Assembly: GCA_030390025.1 (NCBI GenBank)
Contig: CM059432.1
Coordinates: forward strand, 86,430,001-86,494,000
DNA from: Squalus acanthias
Taxonomy: Eukaryota
DNA: 64,000 nucleotides
Direction of reading: 5' to 3'
The position numbers and the translations under genes were made by a program. The notes under the pieces are model-generated. The model saw only the letters and a program-made list of their open reading frames with translations, did not search any database and was not told the origin of the DNA. This document shows positions 13,652 through 26,175 of this stretch, piece by piece; within the stretch, counting starts at the first letter, position 1; each line of letters begins with the position of its first letter.

Positions 13652-16590
13652 GGCCGGAATTTTCACGTTGCCGAGCGTGCGGGTTTGGGGGCGGGTCTGT
13701 AGTAAAAATCCCGGAAATAGCGAGCGCGTCGGGAGCCCAGCATCATCCCGCCGCCTCGCACATTTAACTCGGGCGGCTTTGAAGGCGCAATACGGACCCA
13801 AACGGCAGAGGCGGGCGACCTCATTGAAGTCATTAACTGCTTGTTGAGAGACCCTTAAGAGGGTTTTTAACGCCAGCTTTTGACTTTTACTGCAGGAGTG
13901 CGGGATTCATGGAGGTCGGGTACCTCGCCTGTAAAGGGGAGGCGGAAGCTCAGTGGCCATTGGTGAGTCCACTCATTGAGAGCTGGGAGAAGCACATAAA
14001 TACTCCCACATTACACCTCATTACTTGCCTCATGGAAAGGCTCTTCCTCACTCCATTTTGTCCGCAGTTTGCAGGTCAGTTCTGAAACCTGGGAAGCTAC
14101 TCTCACCACATTGCTACTCACTGTCACAACATTGAGGGACTGGCCCTCTGATCTACACTTTACCTGCCATCTACTACATCAGCATGGGTGCCGCTTATAC
14201 TGTCTCACATTGCTGCCCGGGATGGCCTCATCGTGGCTAGATTTACTTAACTTGCTCCAATACAGCCACATGGTTGCCACATACTGTACTAAGATCGCCC
14301 CCACCCTCCACCAACCCTACAATGACCAAGCCATTTCTCTCACCCAAAGCCCCAGAGAATCAAGGTTAGGTAATGTCTCACTATTCACTCCAAGTGAGAA
14401 AGCCACTTCCAAGGTAGCAGGCAAAAATGGACAAGACCGGAAAGTGGAGCAAAGAAAACCATTCATGTGTCATCAAAATAACTGAAACTTAACACTTTTT
14501 CATACACCCATGTGCATACCCGTGTGCATCTACTTTTGTGTCATTTTTCTTTTCCGAGTGCTTCTCCGAGGAGCAACCCCTGTGGCTTCAGCAGAGGTAG
14601 AGGCAGGCTACTCACTTCCCTGCTGCGACTGGTTAGACACTTTAGGCGGACGTCCTCTGGGTTGTAGAGCCTGTGATGGCCCCGCTCAAGTCTGCTCCTC
14701 CCGCAACTGTGCAGGGGCAGACTTGGTCATCGGGAACAGGGAGGCAACAGGGAGAGGAGGGAGCGCTTTGAGAAGAGCCCCCACTTCCATGTCCCCTCTC
14801 ACCATCATCCCTCTCATGGGCCACCTGCACTTCCCTGCTAGCAAGGAGCTGGTGAGCACCTTGCTGCACAGCAGTGGGGCCATGAATGTCCAAGTCTATG
14901 TTTACATCCCTCCTTGAGAGGAGGTCTATGAGCATCTACCCTCTGTTGTCCACCGCTAGCATATGCTGATGTGACTGGCGCATTAGCTGCTCCATGCAGG
15001 TGGCCATCCTTTCCATGGAACAGCACATCGTTGCCATCACCTGCGACATGGCGGTGCTCATGTTGGAGACGGACTCCACCATTCTCTGTACATTTGCAGA
15101 CATTGTGGTTGCAAAAGCTGCCAGAGCCTCCTGCAATCATTGTTGCCCCGCCAAGATCACCCTCTTTCTCGATGGGCCCCGAGACTTAGTGTCTGCATGC
15201 AGCTCGGCAGAGCTTGGAGCGTCCTGCGCCCTAAGGCGAGGAGTCTCCGCTGCTGTCCCTGTCAACACCATCTGCTGTTGCTCACTTGTGAATTGTGAGA
15301 CATCAGGTGACAACTCTATGGCGCACAGGACCCTCCAAGGTGTGCGTATCTGCGCTGGTGCTGGCTGTGCTTGGGTCTGCTGCCGATGCACCTTCAGAGG
15401 CTGGAGCTTCCTCTGAGGAGTCGTCTTCTTCCTCCGGCTGTACAGTGGGGGTGGGGGCACTTGATGAACCTGTGGGAGAGTAAAGAGATGAATTAGAAAT
15501 GTTATAATAAGAATGTGTAACGTTACCATTATGCACATGATGGCATTTCACTGGCTGCTGACATCAGTCACCATACAAGTGACTGCTGTATGCCATGTGG
15601 CTGTATGAGATGTGATTCTGTCACTAGGTTGCTGGGATGTCCCCCTCTCTCCAACTCTCGAGATCTCCAGCGTTCCCTCCTCTGCTGGTGTCAAGTTACT
15701 GAATAATGGAGGGTCACCTCCGGTTCTCTGTCTCTTCCGCGTGTTCTGGGCTCTTTTCTCCTGCAAGGAGGGAAAGAAGAGAAGTTTGAGTGAGAGTGAT
15801 GGAATGAGTGTAAGGAATGGATGGGTTACATCTGTAGAGGGTGACTATGAGGGAATGGGGTGCCAATGCCAAATGGCCTCTTTCTGTGGTGTTACTTGCT
15901 ATGATTGCATTAGGATGAGGGTGAGTGTGAGGGGTGGGTAGTCAGATGGGGATGTGAGTATGTACATAGAGAGAGAGATAGGTGGACGTGCAAGGTATGT
16001 TGATGTGAGCAATGATGTGCAGAGGTAGGCTTGGGAAGGCAGAGTGATGATGATGTGTTGACAGGCACATCAGGATGAAGATGAGTGTGGCCTTGCACTC
16101 ACCTATCCTGACCTCATGAGATCATTGAATCGTTTCCTGCACTGGATCCAGGTCCTCCTCACCACATCCCTGCTGCTGACCTCCTCAGCTACATCCAGCC
16201 AGGCTCGTTTGGTCCCTGCATGCTCTGACTGCCTCCACCAGAGTATGCAGGGATACATCTGAAAACCATGGTGCAGTCCTCTGCCTTTTGGCTATCCATC
16301 ATTGCTGCTTTATAAGAGTACTCACGCCTTTGGATTTCAGGTTCCACCCTCCTCTAGCAACCCTCAAATGACTTGCATGCAAGGCTGCTTTAAATATCGG
16401 TGCTGGAAACAAGTCATCGATGATGTCATCAGACCCGCTCCATTTAATTGGGCCGGGAAACGCGCATGACTGCTTTAAGTGGAGCCATTGAGTGAAACTC
16501 GCATGTGAAGAACGCGCTGAGCAGAACATCGCGTTCCCGACCCGTATTACGCGGCCCACACGCACCAACTCCACAATAGAAATTCTGGCC
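13652..16590 (+). mobile_element. Harbinger element B: non-autonomous deletion derivative of the element C family
   Basis: TIRs GGCCGGAATTTTC / GAAATTCTGGCC and an exact TTA target-site duplication (13649-13651, 16591-16593). The transposase core is deleted and a 3-exon Myb-like gene remains on -. Confidence 0.95.
14526..16300 (-). pseudogene. Harbinger Myb/SANT-like accessory gene of element B (3 exons, disrupted)
   Basis: Exon 1 ...RTWIQCRKRFNDLMRSG.|GTGAGT; exon 2 EKRAQNTRKRQRTGG; exon 3 acidic and Met-rich, ending PRGRPPK...PRRSTRKRK. Homologous to 30815-32647. Confidence 0.85.
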
Positions 16591-18039
16591 TTAATGTCTA
16601 AAGCTATTCATTGATTTGATTTTAGGTTGTTTTTTTAATATACTTCTTTCTAATATAATAGTTACAATTGTTAAATGTATTAAACTAAATGTCAAATTCA
16701 CAAGACTAAAATTATTGCTTCAAGCACATTATCTAGGACTGCTCGAGGTTGACATGGGGTACCAAGATGCAAAAACTATTATACTCCCAGTATTGAGATC
16801 TCTCATGTTGACCAGCACAAACATTCCCTCCAAAAATGTAGCTATGTGAGTTTCACCACAGGAATTATCAAAAGCATTGAAATGAAATTCTCTCCAGGTC
16901 ACAATATACTGCAATAAGCAGGTAGAAGAGTGGTGCTGTGGAAGTGGCAATAATGTGATGAAGGAAGTGATGGTGACATGAAACAGAAAAGTGGTGATTC
17001 ATTGGAAAGGATACAGTGGTGGAAAGCATAGGGAATAGCAGTAAGCTCTGTTGTTCTTTGTAAGGATGCATTCAAAGTACATCAAAACTGAGCTGAAACC
17101 ATGACTGTCTTCTCACTAATTTTAATTAAAGTGACTTTGTTGGTCCCTGGTTATGTGTATTTTCCTTTGATGTTCTCCGCCTACTAAGAAATGACTCTCT
17201 CATTTCTAGTGCGAACAGTCAACCATTTGTCAGTAGGCTGAGCTGAGTCCAACATACTTTTTGTCAAGTGTGAATCCAATTAATTAGAATCAGCAGGTTG
17301 AGTTAACTGATAATAGGCTGTACACGTACATCTGTTGTTACTTCATAGATGTAAAATGATTAAAGTGATTTGAATTTACAAAAGGAGAAAAGAGGCAAAA
17401 CTTCATAGAATTTTCTGAAGGGCTTCAAATGTTTCCTGAAGATATTCATGAAAAGTGCTTCAGGTATCGGTAGATAAATGTGTAGTGGACAACATAAACA
17501 TTGGTGCTGCTGTGCATTGCTTATATGTGCCGTAAGAACACTTCTTTTGCTCATTTATAGCTAAACTTAGGTGTAAATATGTGAGAACATTTAGTAAGAA
17601 TTTCTTGTAATTGTCTAAATTTATAATATGTTACTGCAGCCCTACAGTGTTATGAAAATAGTTAATAGGTAAACTGCAGCTGATTGGGAACCAGCTACAC
17701 TTGAAACATTTGGCAGAAGGTTGTCAATTCTTTTGTTGGAAATTCAAGTTTAAAGTACTAATAATATGAACAAATATTGGCTCTTCACTGCTCAAGAGCT
17801 GTGCAAGAATTAAGAAATCTGGTTTTGATTTAGAAAAAGATAAAGGCTGCTCAGAAACAAGGATATTCTATCAAGAACAAACAGGAGTACTTTCAACTTT
17901 AAAGATATAAAGACTTTCAGCAAGACAGATAACATTTCTGCAGATGATAAGAAATAACTGATAAAGGAGCAAGATTTCTACACCACAATCTACAAGTCAT
18001 AAAGACATAAATTGGAGTGGGAAAGTGAACGACTCCAAA

Positions 18040-18506
18040 GTCCGAGCAGAGATGTAGACGGGACTCATGCTTCGGAAGGCAGTGGGGTCCTTCTTTTAAA
18101 AATGCAGATCTGCTCCGTTGGCTTATAATTACAGTTGGGCATCGATGATGTCAAGGTCTGCATAGGAAAGCTGCCGTGCCTTCCCCGCCAGGCCAACCTG
18201 GGGCCAGAAGAGGCCCAGAAAGATAAGTGGTTTTCCTTTTTATTTTGATTCCTTGTGGGCCAGGAGGAGCAGAAGTTCTGACTGCCAGGAACCATTTCTT
18301 TGCATCCCCAGCGGCTGCCTCCCGAAATCCCACTTCCGTCTGCTGGCCAGCTTCCCGCTGGCCTTGAGTGGTAGACTGACTGGACCCATGCAGATCAGGC
18401 CCCAGTGTTAAAATCTCCTGGACCTCACGCTGCAGAGGGCCTGACAGTTTCCCAACCGCCTCGGTCCCCACCCGCACGACTCCCGCTGTCAATTAAAATC
18501 TGGGTT
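18040..18506. mobile_element. Putative decayed MITE
   Basis: GC-rich island in AT-rich DNA ending TTAAAATCTGGGTT, similar to Harbinger-type termini elsewhere in the window. No TSD verified. Confidence 0.4.
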
Positions 18507-19999
18507 GATATATTTTCTGGGTTTTTGAACTATCTTTAATTTCATATGATAAAGAATCTGGGCCTAAATCTACCTGTAAAGGTATAAAGAGTCTTTTGGT
18601 AATAGTAATTCATGAATCATGCACGATTACAGAAAATCTACTTGGTTGGTATTTTCCACTTTTGTGCACAGTAAGTTCATGTTGACAGTAAGTTAATCCA
18701 ATCAAAGAAAAGTCCGATGCAATCACTACAAGTTAAACATCATCTTTGCTATTGTGGGTTTCTTATTGCACATTGGTGCTTAATTGAGAAAAAAGGAACT
18801 GCACACCTAAATTTATTCAAAAACCATATTTGAGGGAAATCTGTATATATTGGTGGAACAGCTTGGAAGACAGAATATTATACACTTACCAAACAGAATA
18901 TCAACAACTTCTGGCCATTAAAGTTCTTTGGCTCAAACTGTCCAATATTAACTAGGAATCCTGCCTAGAAGAATGCCAAGTTTAAAGGTCTGACAAAGAA
19001 CAGCAAGAATAGTTGTGTGCCTCCAGCCCTAATTTTTAATATTCTGAAGGAAACCAGTTACTGATTGCTCTGAGCTTGTGTTTGTTAAACTTTTACTGTA
19101 TATCAAGCCGGTATCAAAATTAATTCCAAATTATGGCTGAATCTTTTGTTGATGAAGCAGTCATTGGGGATAATTTTAACTTTGGGCGATTGCGTAAAAT
19201 GGGCGATATCAAATTAGCCGTCCATTATGCCTTCAATGGAAAGGAAAATCAAGCTTAGTGTATAACGGGCGGTGAAGAGACCAGGATTAGAGTTCAAACA
19301 CCTGAGGACCATTGTACAGCTGGGGAAAGAGAAATCAGAGACATCCCCTCAATTGCAGAATACTACATAGGCCACATTTTAAGAGATTTACAATATTTGC
19401 AAAGGCACATAAAAACATCAGCTGCAGGCTTTCCCATCATCCTCTTCACCCTATGGCTTGAACCAGCAGAGGCAGGGAGGGATAATGAAAATACCCTTAC
19501 ACCAGTTGAGCTGTAACAAAACAGCCTTACATTATAGGCCATGAAAATATATGTAGAGGTGCATTGCGGAGTACGTGCCAAGATGAACCCGCCCTGTGCC
19601 TCCTCCATTGACTCCGTCAAAGTTCGTGGGGTCGGGGGAAGGTCCTCTAATTATCATGCCATAAAGGGGTGCCCATACCACTAGGGATGCATCTGGGATG
19701 CCAGTCACTGGTATAAGGCCAGAAAGTCCTGTGGAGGAGTATTGTGCCGGTGAGGGGGTGGGTGTCAAAATCTTTGGGGTGGGCCTCACAACTGGTGGTA
19801 GGTCACCAGGCATTCCAGTCCATCTGAAGGCCCAAGGTGGGAACCTCTAATCTTGAAAGTACTTGTCCTTGGCTCCACAGCCCATTACAACAATGAATCT
19901 GTAATAGCCAGGTGTAGGTTGTGCCCCCACACAGCCACTTTGAGTCCCCACCCAGTTTCAGGCAACTCCAGTGCATTCCTGAATACATAACCATGAATT

Positions 20000-21510
20000 T
20001 TCTGAGCCATCACCAATGGCCTCTCTACTTCCATGATCTTGATCACTGCTGAAGCCATCTTTAACCACTTCCTTGTATCCTTCACCACCCACATCCCTAT
20101 ACTTCCTTCTGTGGCTGTCCCTAGAAAAGATTCTCGCCCAAGACACTTACAACTGCACTTTCAAACTCCCAACTGCCTTGCTTTCAGCCTTTCATTCGCC
20201 AGAATACTTCTTCAGTTGTCAATTATCTCGACCACTCCCTCACCTCCACATTTGATTCCCTGTCCCCAGCAAAACCTTTACTCACTCCCATCCTTGTCGT
20301 TCCCCTGATTTTGGCCCTCATTGTTGCTCCCAGGACCAAGAAGTGCAGACTTGAGCGTATTTAGCACTCAACTGGGTTGGCCATCCATCACCAGATCTGG
20401 CTGGACATCAAGCGCTATTGGGTTCCACTCTGTCAATGCTACTCACTACTCCCGGACTGTCCTGGAAAGCAAAGATATACACCCCGCCGACTTCTTTTCT
20501 CCACCACCAATAATCTCCTTAACCGTCTCTCTCCTGTGCCCACTACCCTCACCTCCAACATCAAGCACGAGGAGCTCATGGACTTTTTTGTCACTAAGAT
20601 TGAGACCATGGGGGGAATTTTGCCGGCGCTCAGAGTGCGGGTTTGGAGGTGGGACATCCGACAAAATCGCAAAGATTGACAGCGGGCAGGAAACCCGCTA
20701 TCAACCCGCCTCCAATCAATCTTCACAGGTGTCGGGTCCCCGATTTGCGCAGGGAACCGACACCTAGCGGTGGGAAGAGGATTATAGGCACTTAACTGCT
20801 TGTTAACAGGTAGCTAAGAGGCTTTTGCAATTTTGACAGGTCTACTGCGGGCTTCCCGATGTCCGGACACCACGCCAGGTAAGTGTGGCGTGCTGTGGGT
20901 CTACTGTAATGTTTGTGCATTGATGACAGCTGCAGAAGTGGTGTGAAGGATCCAATGCTACACTGGTGAGTTTGAGAGGTAAGAAAATGTTGGGAAAATC
21001 ATTTTTAATGTATTTATACTTTTCTGTAGGTGACAAGTTTTGGATTGTGTGCAGTCCCATCTCATTGGGAGAACCTCTCTCACCAGTGACAGATTGCTTC
21101 TGTAACCTCACCTGCAGCTGCCATCTGTTCTCGCCGAAGGAGGGAGTCACTGGAGAGCCTGTATGCAAGGGCTCACGTTTGTACAGTGATTGTCAGTGTT
21201 TGCAGCACCTCAATGCTGTCAAACACTGAAAAATCAGCTGTCAAAAAAAATTATGTATGGCCCCTTTAAGAAAACCGGCAGATGACGCGTCAACTGACGT
21301 CATCTGACACCGGCTTCCCCTTAATTGGCCGCAAGCCTGCAGGGCGGGCTTAACAAGGCCAATTGACGCAAAATCGCGTCTGTGCGTCGGATGTCGTTGG
21401 GGGCGGGACTGGAACCCGGAAGGCAGCTGTCCCGCCCCCAAGCCGCATCGACCGGAAAAATCACAGCCCATATGTTCAGCTGCCTCAGCTGCTTTCTATC
21501 TTCTCCATCA
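20000..21510 (+). mobile_element. Old L2-type LINE fragment split by element D
   Basis: HEELMDFFVTKIET before D, resuming GTTCAGCTGCCTC after D. Confidence 0.6.
20610..21468 (+). mobile_element. Harbinger-type non-autonomous element D (859 bp, hairpin/intron-bearing)
   Basis: Imperfect TIRs GGGGGGAATTTTGCCGG / rc GGCTGTGATTTTTCCGG with a CAT duplication (20607-20609, 21469-21471). Left end resembles element B; interior is homologous to element E. Confidence 0.85.
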
Positions 21511-21931
21511 AGTGGCTGTGGGCCTCTCCGACTTACGTTGGTGGAATTGTATGGGTGTATCCAAAGCATCTATACAGGTGTGGGCCACCTGCACCAAATA
21601 TGATAACGACCCACCACAATTTGACACAAGGTAAGCTTCATTGGCAGACGGGAATTCCACTCTGCTGCACTGAGGGGATTCCCAGAATTTTGGTCCCATG
21701 AAGTTTAGTCCATATAGACTTAAGGCAGATTTTCCTGAAATTGAAGTTCACTGAAATGGATCTCCCATTTAACCAGAGTGTTAAGTTGCTGGTGGACTGT
21801 GTATATTTTACTGCTGGTGAGCACTAATTATGTCTCACATTATTGACGCAAAAGGCAGAGTACAAGGAGATTTACTGTACATCTGGCTGTACACCTGATC
21901 CTAGAGTGCTTGATGCCTGGTGCTTGAAATG

Positions 21932-21980
21932 GGCCGAAGCCGGCACGGGCTCGGCGGGCCGAATGGCCTCCTTCTGTGCT
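21932..21980 (+). mobile_element. Extremely 5'-truncated CR1 3' tail with TSD
   Basis: GGCACGGGCTCGGCGGGCCGAATGGCCTCCTTCTGTGCTGTAACCATTCTCTGATTCTA, flanked by TGAAATG on both sides. Confidence 0.75.
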
Positions 21981-22299
21981 GTAACCATTCTCTGATTCTA
22001 TGAAATGATGAGGTGAATTCTGTTAAATAATCCTTTTGACAAGTGACAATAAAAACATCCAGGTTTCACAGTATGGTGCAGCCAATCTGATTAAGATTAT
22101 CTCAGCACCGCCAAAGGAAAAATATAATTAAGAAATAAGCTAACTTCTTGGGCCAAACCCCTTTTTAAATAACATATTGTAACTTTTAGAACCATCTAAT
22201 CTGAAGCGAGGATTACTATCTTCAGGGTTGATGCCCTTAAGGCCCCAGTGCATCAAAAACTGTGTTTAAATAAAGACACAAGACAAAATTACACATGAA

Positions 22300-23293
22300 C
22301 TGATGTGGTTTTACTGCATTTGGCCAATCATTAATCCAAAACTAACCAATCCGTACAAAATTCAAATAAAAGTTTCACACCTTCAGTCCAATTATCATAG
22401 CTTACCCAACATACAGCATGTTTTAAATGTATCACTGTGTTATTCTTTACTGTAGATGTGGACCTTACTTCCTACCAAGATTGCTTTGTTTATCCAGGTC
22501 CGAATGCAGTTATTAAAAACACTCAGTTGATGCACACAGTGGGTTGTACAACACACAGAATGGGTGTAGATGTGCTTCACAGAACAGAGGAGCAAAGGGT
22601 ACAAATTGTTACTGCTAGGCGAGACACCTCAAACTTCTGTGATGGTAATGAAAATCAAACACCATAACTGCTTTCCTGGCGTATAATCTTATAACCTCTA
22701 CTGATCAGTGCTAACATCAGTTCATGTATCAATAAGCATTTTTTCTTTGTGATTCAGTTTTTGTCTTTTGCATACAACTCTTGAGTAGCAGTCTGTATCT
22801 TAATCATATATATGCATATAGAATGACAAATGCTTATATCAGCATAAAAAGATAAGCTGAATGACTATATATGAAGACAACAACTATAACTCTCACAGCA
22901 CTGCCATTGGTTAACTTTAAATACTTAAGCATCATAAAAAGCTGAAACTAAAGCTACACTAAGGAAAACTGGTAGTTACTGAAACAATGGTGAGGTATTT
23001 ATAGCCAATGGTGAAGTATTTATCTGATCAATTTCTTAAAAAATCACTTTCCACTAAAAACTGATATACAAGCTCAGCAGCATGATAGCAAATCTACTGC
23101 TAACAGGCAACCAACACAAGTATTTATTTTTCTTTGCAAAGGGGAATCTATACAGTCTGGTCATTTCCCTTGTGAATTAACAGTACCATGCATTTTTTTC
23201 ACTTGCGTTCTGTTAGTGTTGTCTTCACATAGATTCATATAATGGTATTGGTCATTTCCTCATACACATACACCCTATCGCGTGTTGACAGGT
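22300..23293 (-). other. STAU2: STAU2 3' UTR (distal end uncertain)
   Basis: Repeat-free AT-rich sequence after the stop; AATAAA on - at 23123-23128 and an AGTAAA variant near 22310. Confidence 0.55.
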
Positions 23294-23426
23294 TTATAAG
23301 GATGCAGTGGCAGCCGTGGGTGCTACAGGCTCCTTGACGACAGCCTTTGAATCCTTGCAGTCCTGAGCTGTGGTGCCTGAGTTAGCCTGTTTATTGTCTG
23401 CTTTCTGTGCCAGATGTTTGACTTGT
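23294..23426 (-). CDS. STAU2: Staufen homolog 2, terminal coding exon
   Basis: Acceptor TCATCTTTACAG|A, phase 2. Translates (I)QVKHLAQKADNKQANSGTTAQDCKDSKAVVKEPVAPTAATASL*, versus recalled human QAKHLREKADNNQAPPGSIAQDCKKSNSAV. Confidence 0.93.
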
Positions 23427-24054
23427 CTGTAAAGATGAATTGATCTAAATTAGTACAAAAATTTGAGCCACACAATATCAATGTATTTAAATAGATTACA
23501 AAGATATTTAACAGTGTACTGCGCCTTTTATTTAAAAAAGTGAACACATAATTATAAAATAGTGGACATATTACAACATAAATATATTTATGCATACAGC
23601 AGATGAGAGCCCAGAGAAATATGATCATGCTGGATGTTTTGATTAGCATTAGAGTTTGCCAAGCGCTTTTAAACTCAAAGATTTGCACTTAGTCTGTAAC
23701 AGATTTTATTGAGATTTATAGGTTTTCTGAATCCTCATCGGGTATCTCTCATGCTGCGAGCGCGCATCAGAAAATTGCGGGCTATGAGGCACCTTGCCAC
23801 ATGCAAGGAATGCACAAACTACCCTATGTACTACTTATGGGACCTTATTGTAACCTTTAATGTGACCTGTAATAACAGTGAACCTGTACAGTCACTGCAT
23901 TAAATTACATTATTATAGCCTTCCTTAAAAAAACAAATCCCAAATGCATGTTCTTCAATATATGTTTCATGTTCACTACCACATTTTCATTTAGGATCTG
24001 GCTACTGATCTAGAAAATTTACAAAGTAATAAATCTGGCCTGGGGATCTGAAAT

Positions 24055-24222
24055 AACAAGTGTAGATGTGTGGTAAGGCAAGGACTGGCTTGGCTATGAC
24101 ATCCGCCATGGTTAAATAGCCTGGCAACGTTCACAGTCTGGGCTCACACATTGCCCAAGTGTCAATGCACCAAATGCCTTCCAGCACCTCTGGAAGTGCA
24201 CAAGTTAAATCTTCAGAAGAAG
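24055..24222 (+). mobile_element. AmnSINE2-like SINE fragment
   Basis: GGCTTGGCTATGAC...CATGGTTAAATAGCCTGGCAACGTTCACAGTCTGGGCTCACACAT matches the recalled AmnSINE2 3' half and the other copies here. Confidence 0.6.
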
Positions 24223-24869
24223 ATGACAGAAAAATTGGAAACAATTCTAAAACAGCATTCGCACGTCATGTGTTATTGTGAAGTTGATCATTTAATATTA
24301 TCTTGATGTCATTGCATTCACACAACATTGAACAAAAGACTTTAAACTTAAAACAAAGTATAGCAAGTAAGATATTTTATTTAGATGATTTGCAAAACAT
24401 TCAAAGATGTGCTTTTTTAACTTTGGGTGAGAAAACCAGGGCCACCTCAATTTATTTTCAGTATTTTCCTGATACATCAATAATTCCAGATTGTTCTTGC
24501 ATTATTATCCAGGGATTCAGATGTGCATAACATAGAATATGCTGAGAGCTTGGGCTTAGAGAGTTGAGGTAGACTCAAAAAAACAATTACTTTTTAAAGT
24601 CTTAATTTAAAAATTGCATTACTTCTCCACAGAAAGTATTGTGGAATATGACATTTCTCACTGTAATTTTAGAGAGTTTAGGTATAAGATGATCCAGGAA
24701 GTTTGGAACTTTTCAATTTCATTTTCCAATTGATTTCTCAATGGGATAATTCTATCTCCACGATCTCGTTGAGTCCATTTCTACCTACTACCTCTATTAC
24801 CTTTCGCCAAGGCAACTGTTTGAGAGTGCTCCTGTGAACATTTACGAAAAATATTTATAGGCATCAGGC

Positions 24870-25420
24870 TGACAGATGCTGAAGAATTAAATACCGGCAG
24901 AGGAAGATCAAGGAGATCACAAGCTCCATTGGGAGCAGTGAAATTGTAAGTAAAGTAAAATAAAAGAAAAATGTAAGTAAAATCAACCCAGTAGGACAGA
25001 TCCTCAGACCAAGACCCTGGGGACAGCATAAAGCTTCACCTGGAACCAGGTAACTTAAAAGGACATCATAAATTTATAAGGGGACCCGCCACCTGAATAA
25101 ACTTCACATAAACATAAATAAAGAAATAATAGAACGATTCAGTGGAACAGCTCCACTCTCCTAGGCCTTGGAACAGTGTAAAACTTCAGCTGCGATCAGG
25201 TAACAAAGAAAGGCAGCGCAACATAAGAAGAGGATTCACAGCCCGAGGAAATTTGAAAAGGGGTAGTGCTCGGTTGAAGTAGATTCAACACATTTAAGGG
25301 GACAGCTGGAAGAAACAAATTTAAAAGGAGTCATCTGAGAGAAATAAATTTAAAAGTGAAGCAGCCAAGAGAAGTACAATTAAGATGGAAGCTACAAGGT
25401 GTGTTTGCTGTGGGATATTT
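24870..25420 (+). mobile_element. Possible old CR1 5'UTR/ORF1-start remnant
   Basis: Purine-rich leader followed by MEATRCVCCGIF, similar to the CR1-a ORF1 start; truncated by an L2. Confidence 0.35.
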
Positions 25421-25426
25421 ACAAGT

Positions 25427-26175
25427 AACAACAACTTATATTTATATAGTGCCTTTAATGTAATAAAACGTCCCAAGGCGCTTCACAGGAGTGTTATCAA
25501 AAAAAAAGTGACACCGAGCCATATAAGGAGATGTTATGACAGATGACCAAAAGCTTGGTCGAAGAGGTAGATTTTAAGGAGAGTCTTAAAGGAGGAAAGA
25601 GAAGTGGAGAGGCAGAGAGATTTCCGGAGGGAATTCCAGAGCTTAGGACCTAGGCAAATGAAGGCACGACCGCCAATGGTGGAGCATTTAAAATCGGGGA
25701 TGTTCAAAAGTCCAGAATAGGTGGAGTGCAGAGGTCTAAGGGATTATAGGGCTGGAGGAGATTACAGAGATGAGGAGGGGTGAGGCCATGGAGGGATTTG
25801 AAAACAAGGATGAGAATTTTTAAATCGAGGCATTGCTTAACTGGGAGCCAATGTAGGTCAGCAAGCACGGGAGATGGGTGAGCGGGACTTGGTGTGAGTT
25901 AGCACACAGGCAGCAGAGTTTTGGATGATCTCAAGTTTATGGAGGGTAGAACTAGAGTTCCCGGCCAGGAGTGCATTGGAATAGTCAAGTCTAGAAGTGA
26001 TAAAGGCATGGATGAGTGTTTCAGTAGCAGATAAGTTGAGGTAAGGGCGGAGATGGGCGATATTACGAAGGTGGAAATAGGCAGTCTCAGTGATAGAATG
26101 GATATGAGGTAGGAAGTTCAATTCGTGATTAAATAGGACACCAAGGTTGCGAACAGACTTGGTCAACCTTAGACA
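25427..26175 (-). mobile_element. L2-clade LINE 3' portion
   Basis: VRNLGVLF...AYFHLRNIAHLRP...IHAFITSRLDYSNALLAG...IQNSAA, plus a 3' tail (CTATATAAAT..GTTGTTG on -). Confidence 0.9.

Noticed and set aside
22437..22667. 76-aa + strand ORF with an upstream TAG acceptor
   Set aside because: No recognisable homology, and it lies within the probable STAU2 3'UTR on the opposite strand.
23323..23688. 121-aa minus ORF from the track
   Set aside because: Wrong frame over the STAU2 terminal exon plus intron; the real frame is set by splicing.
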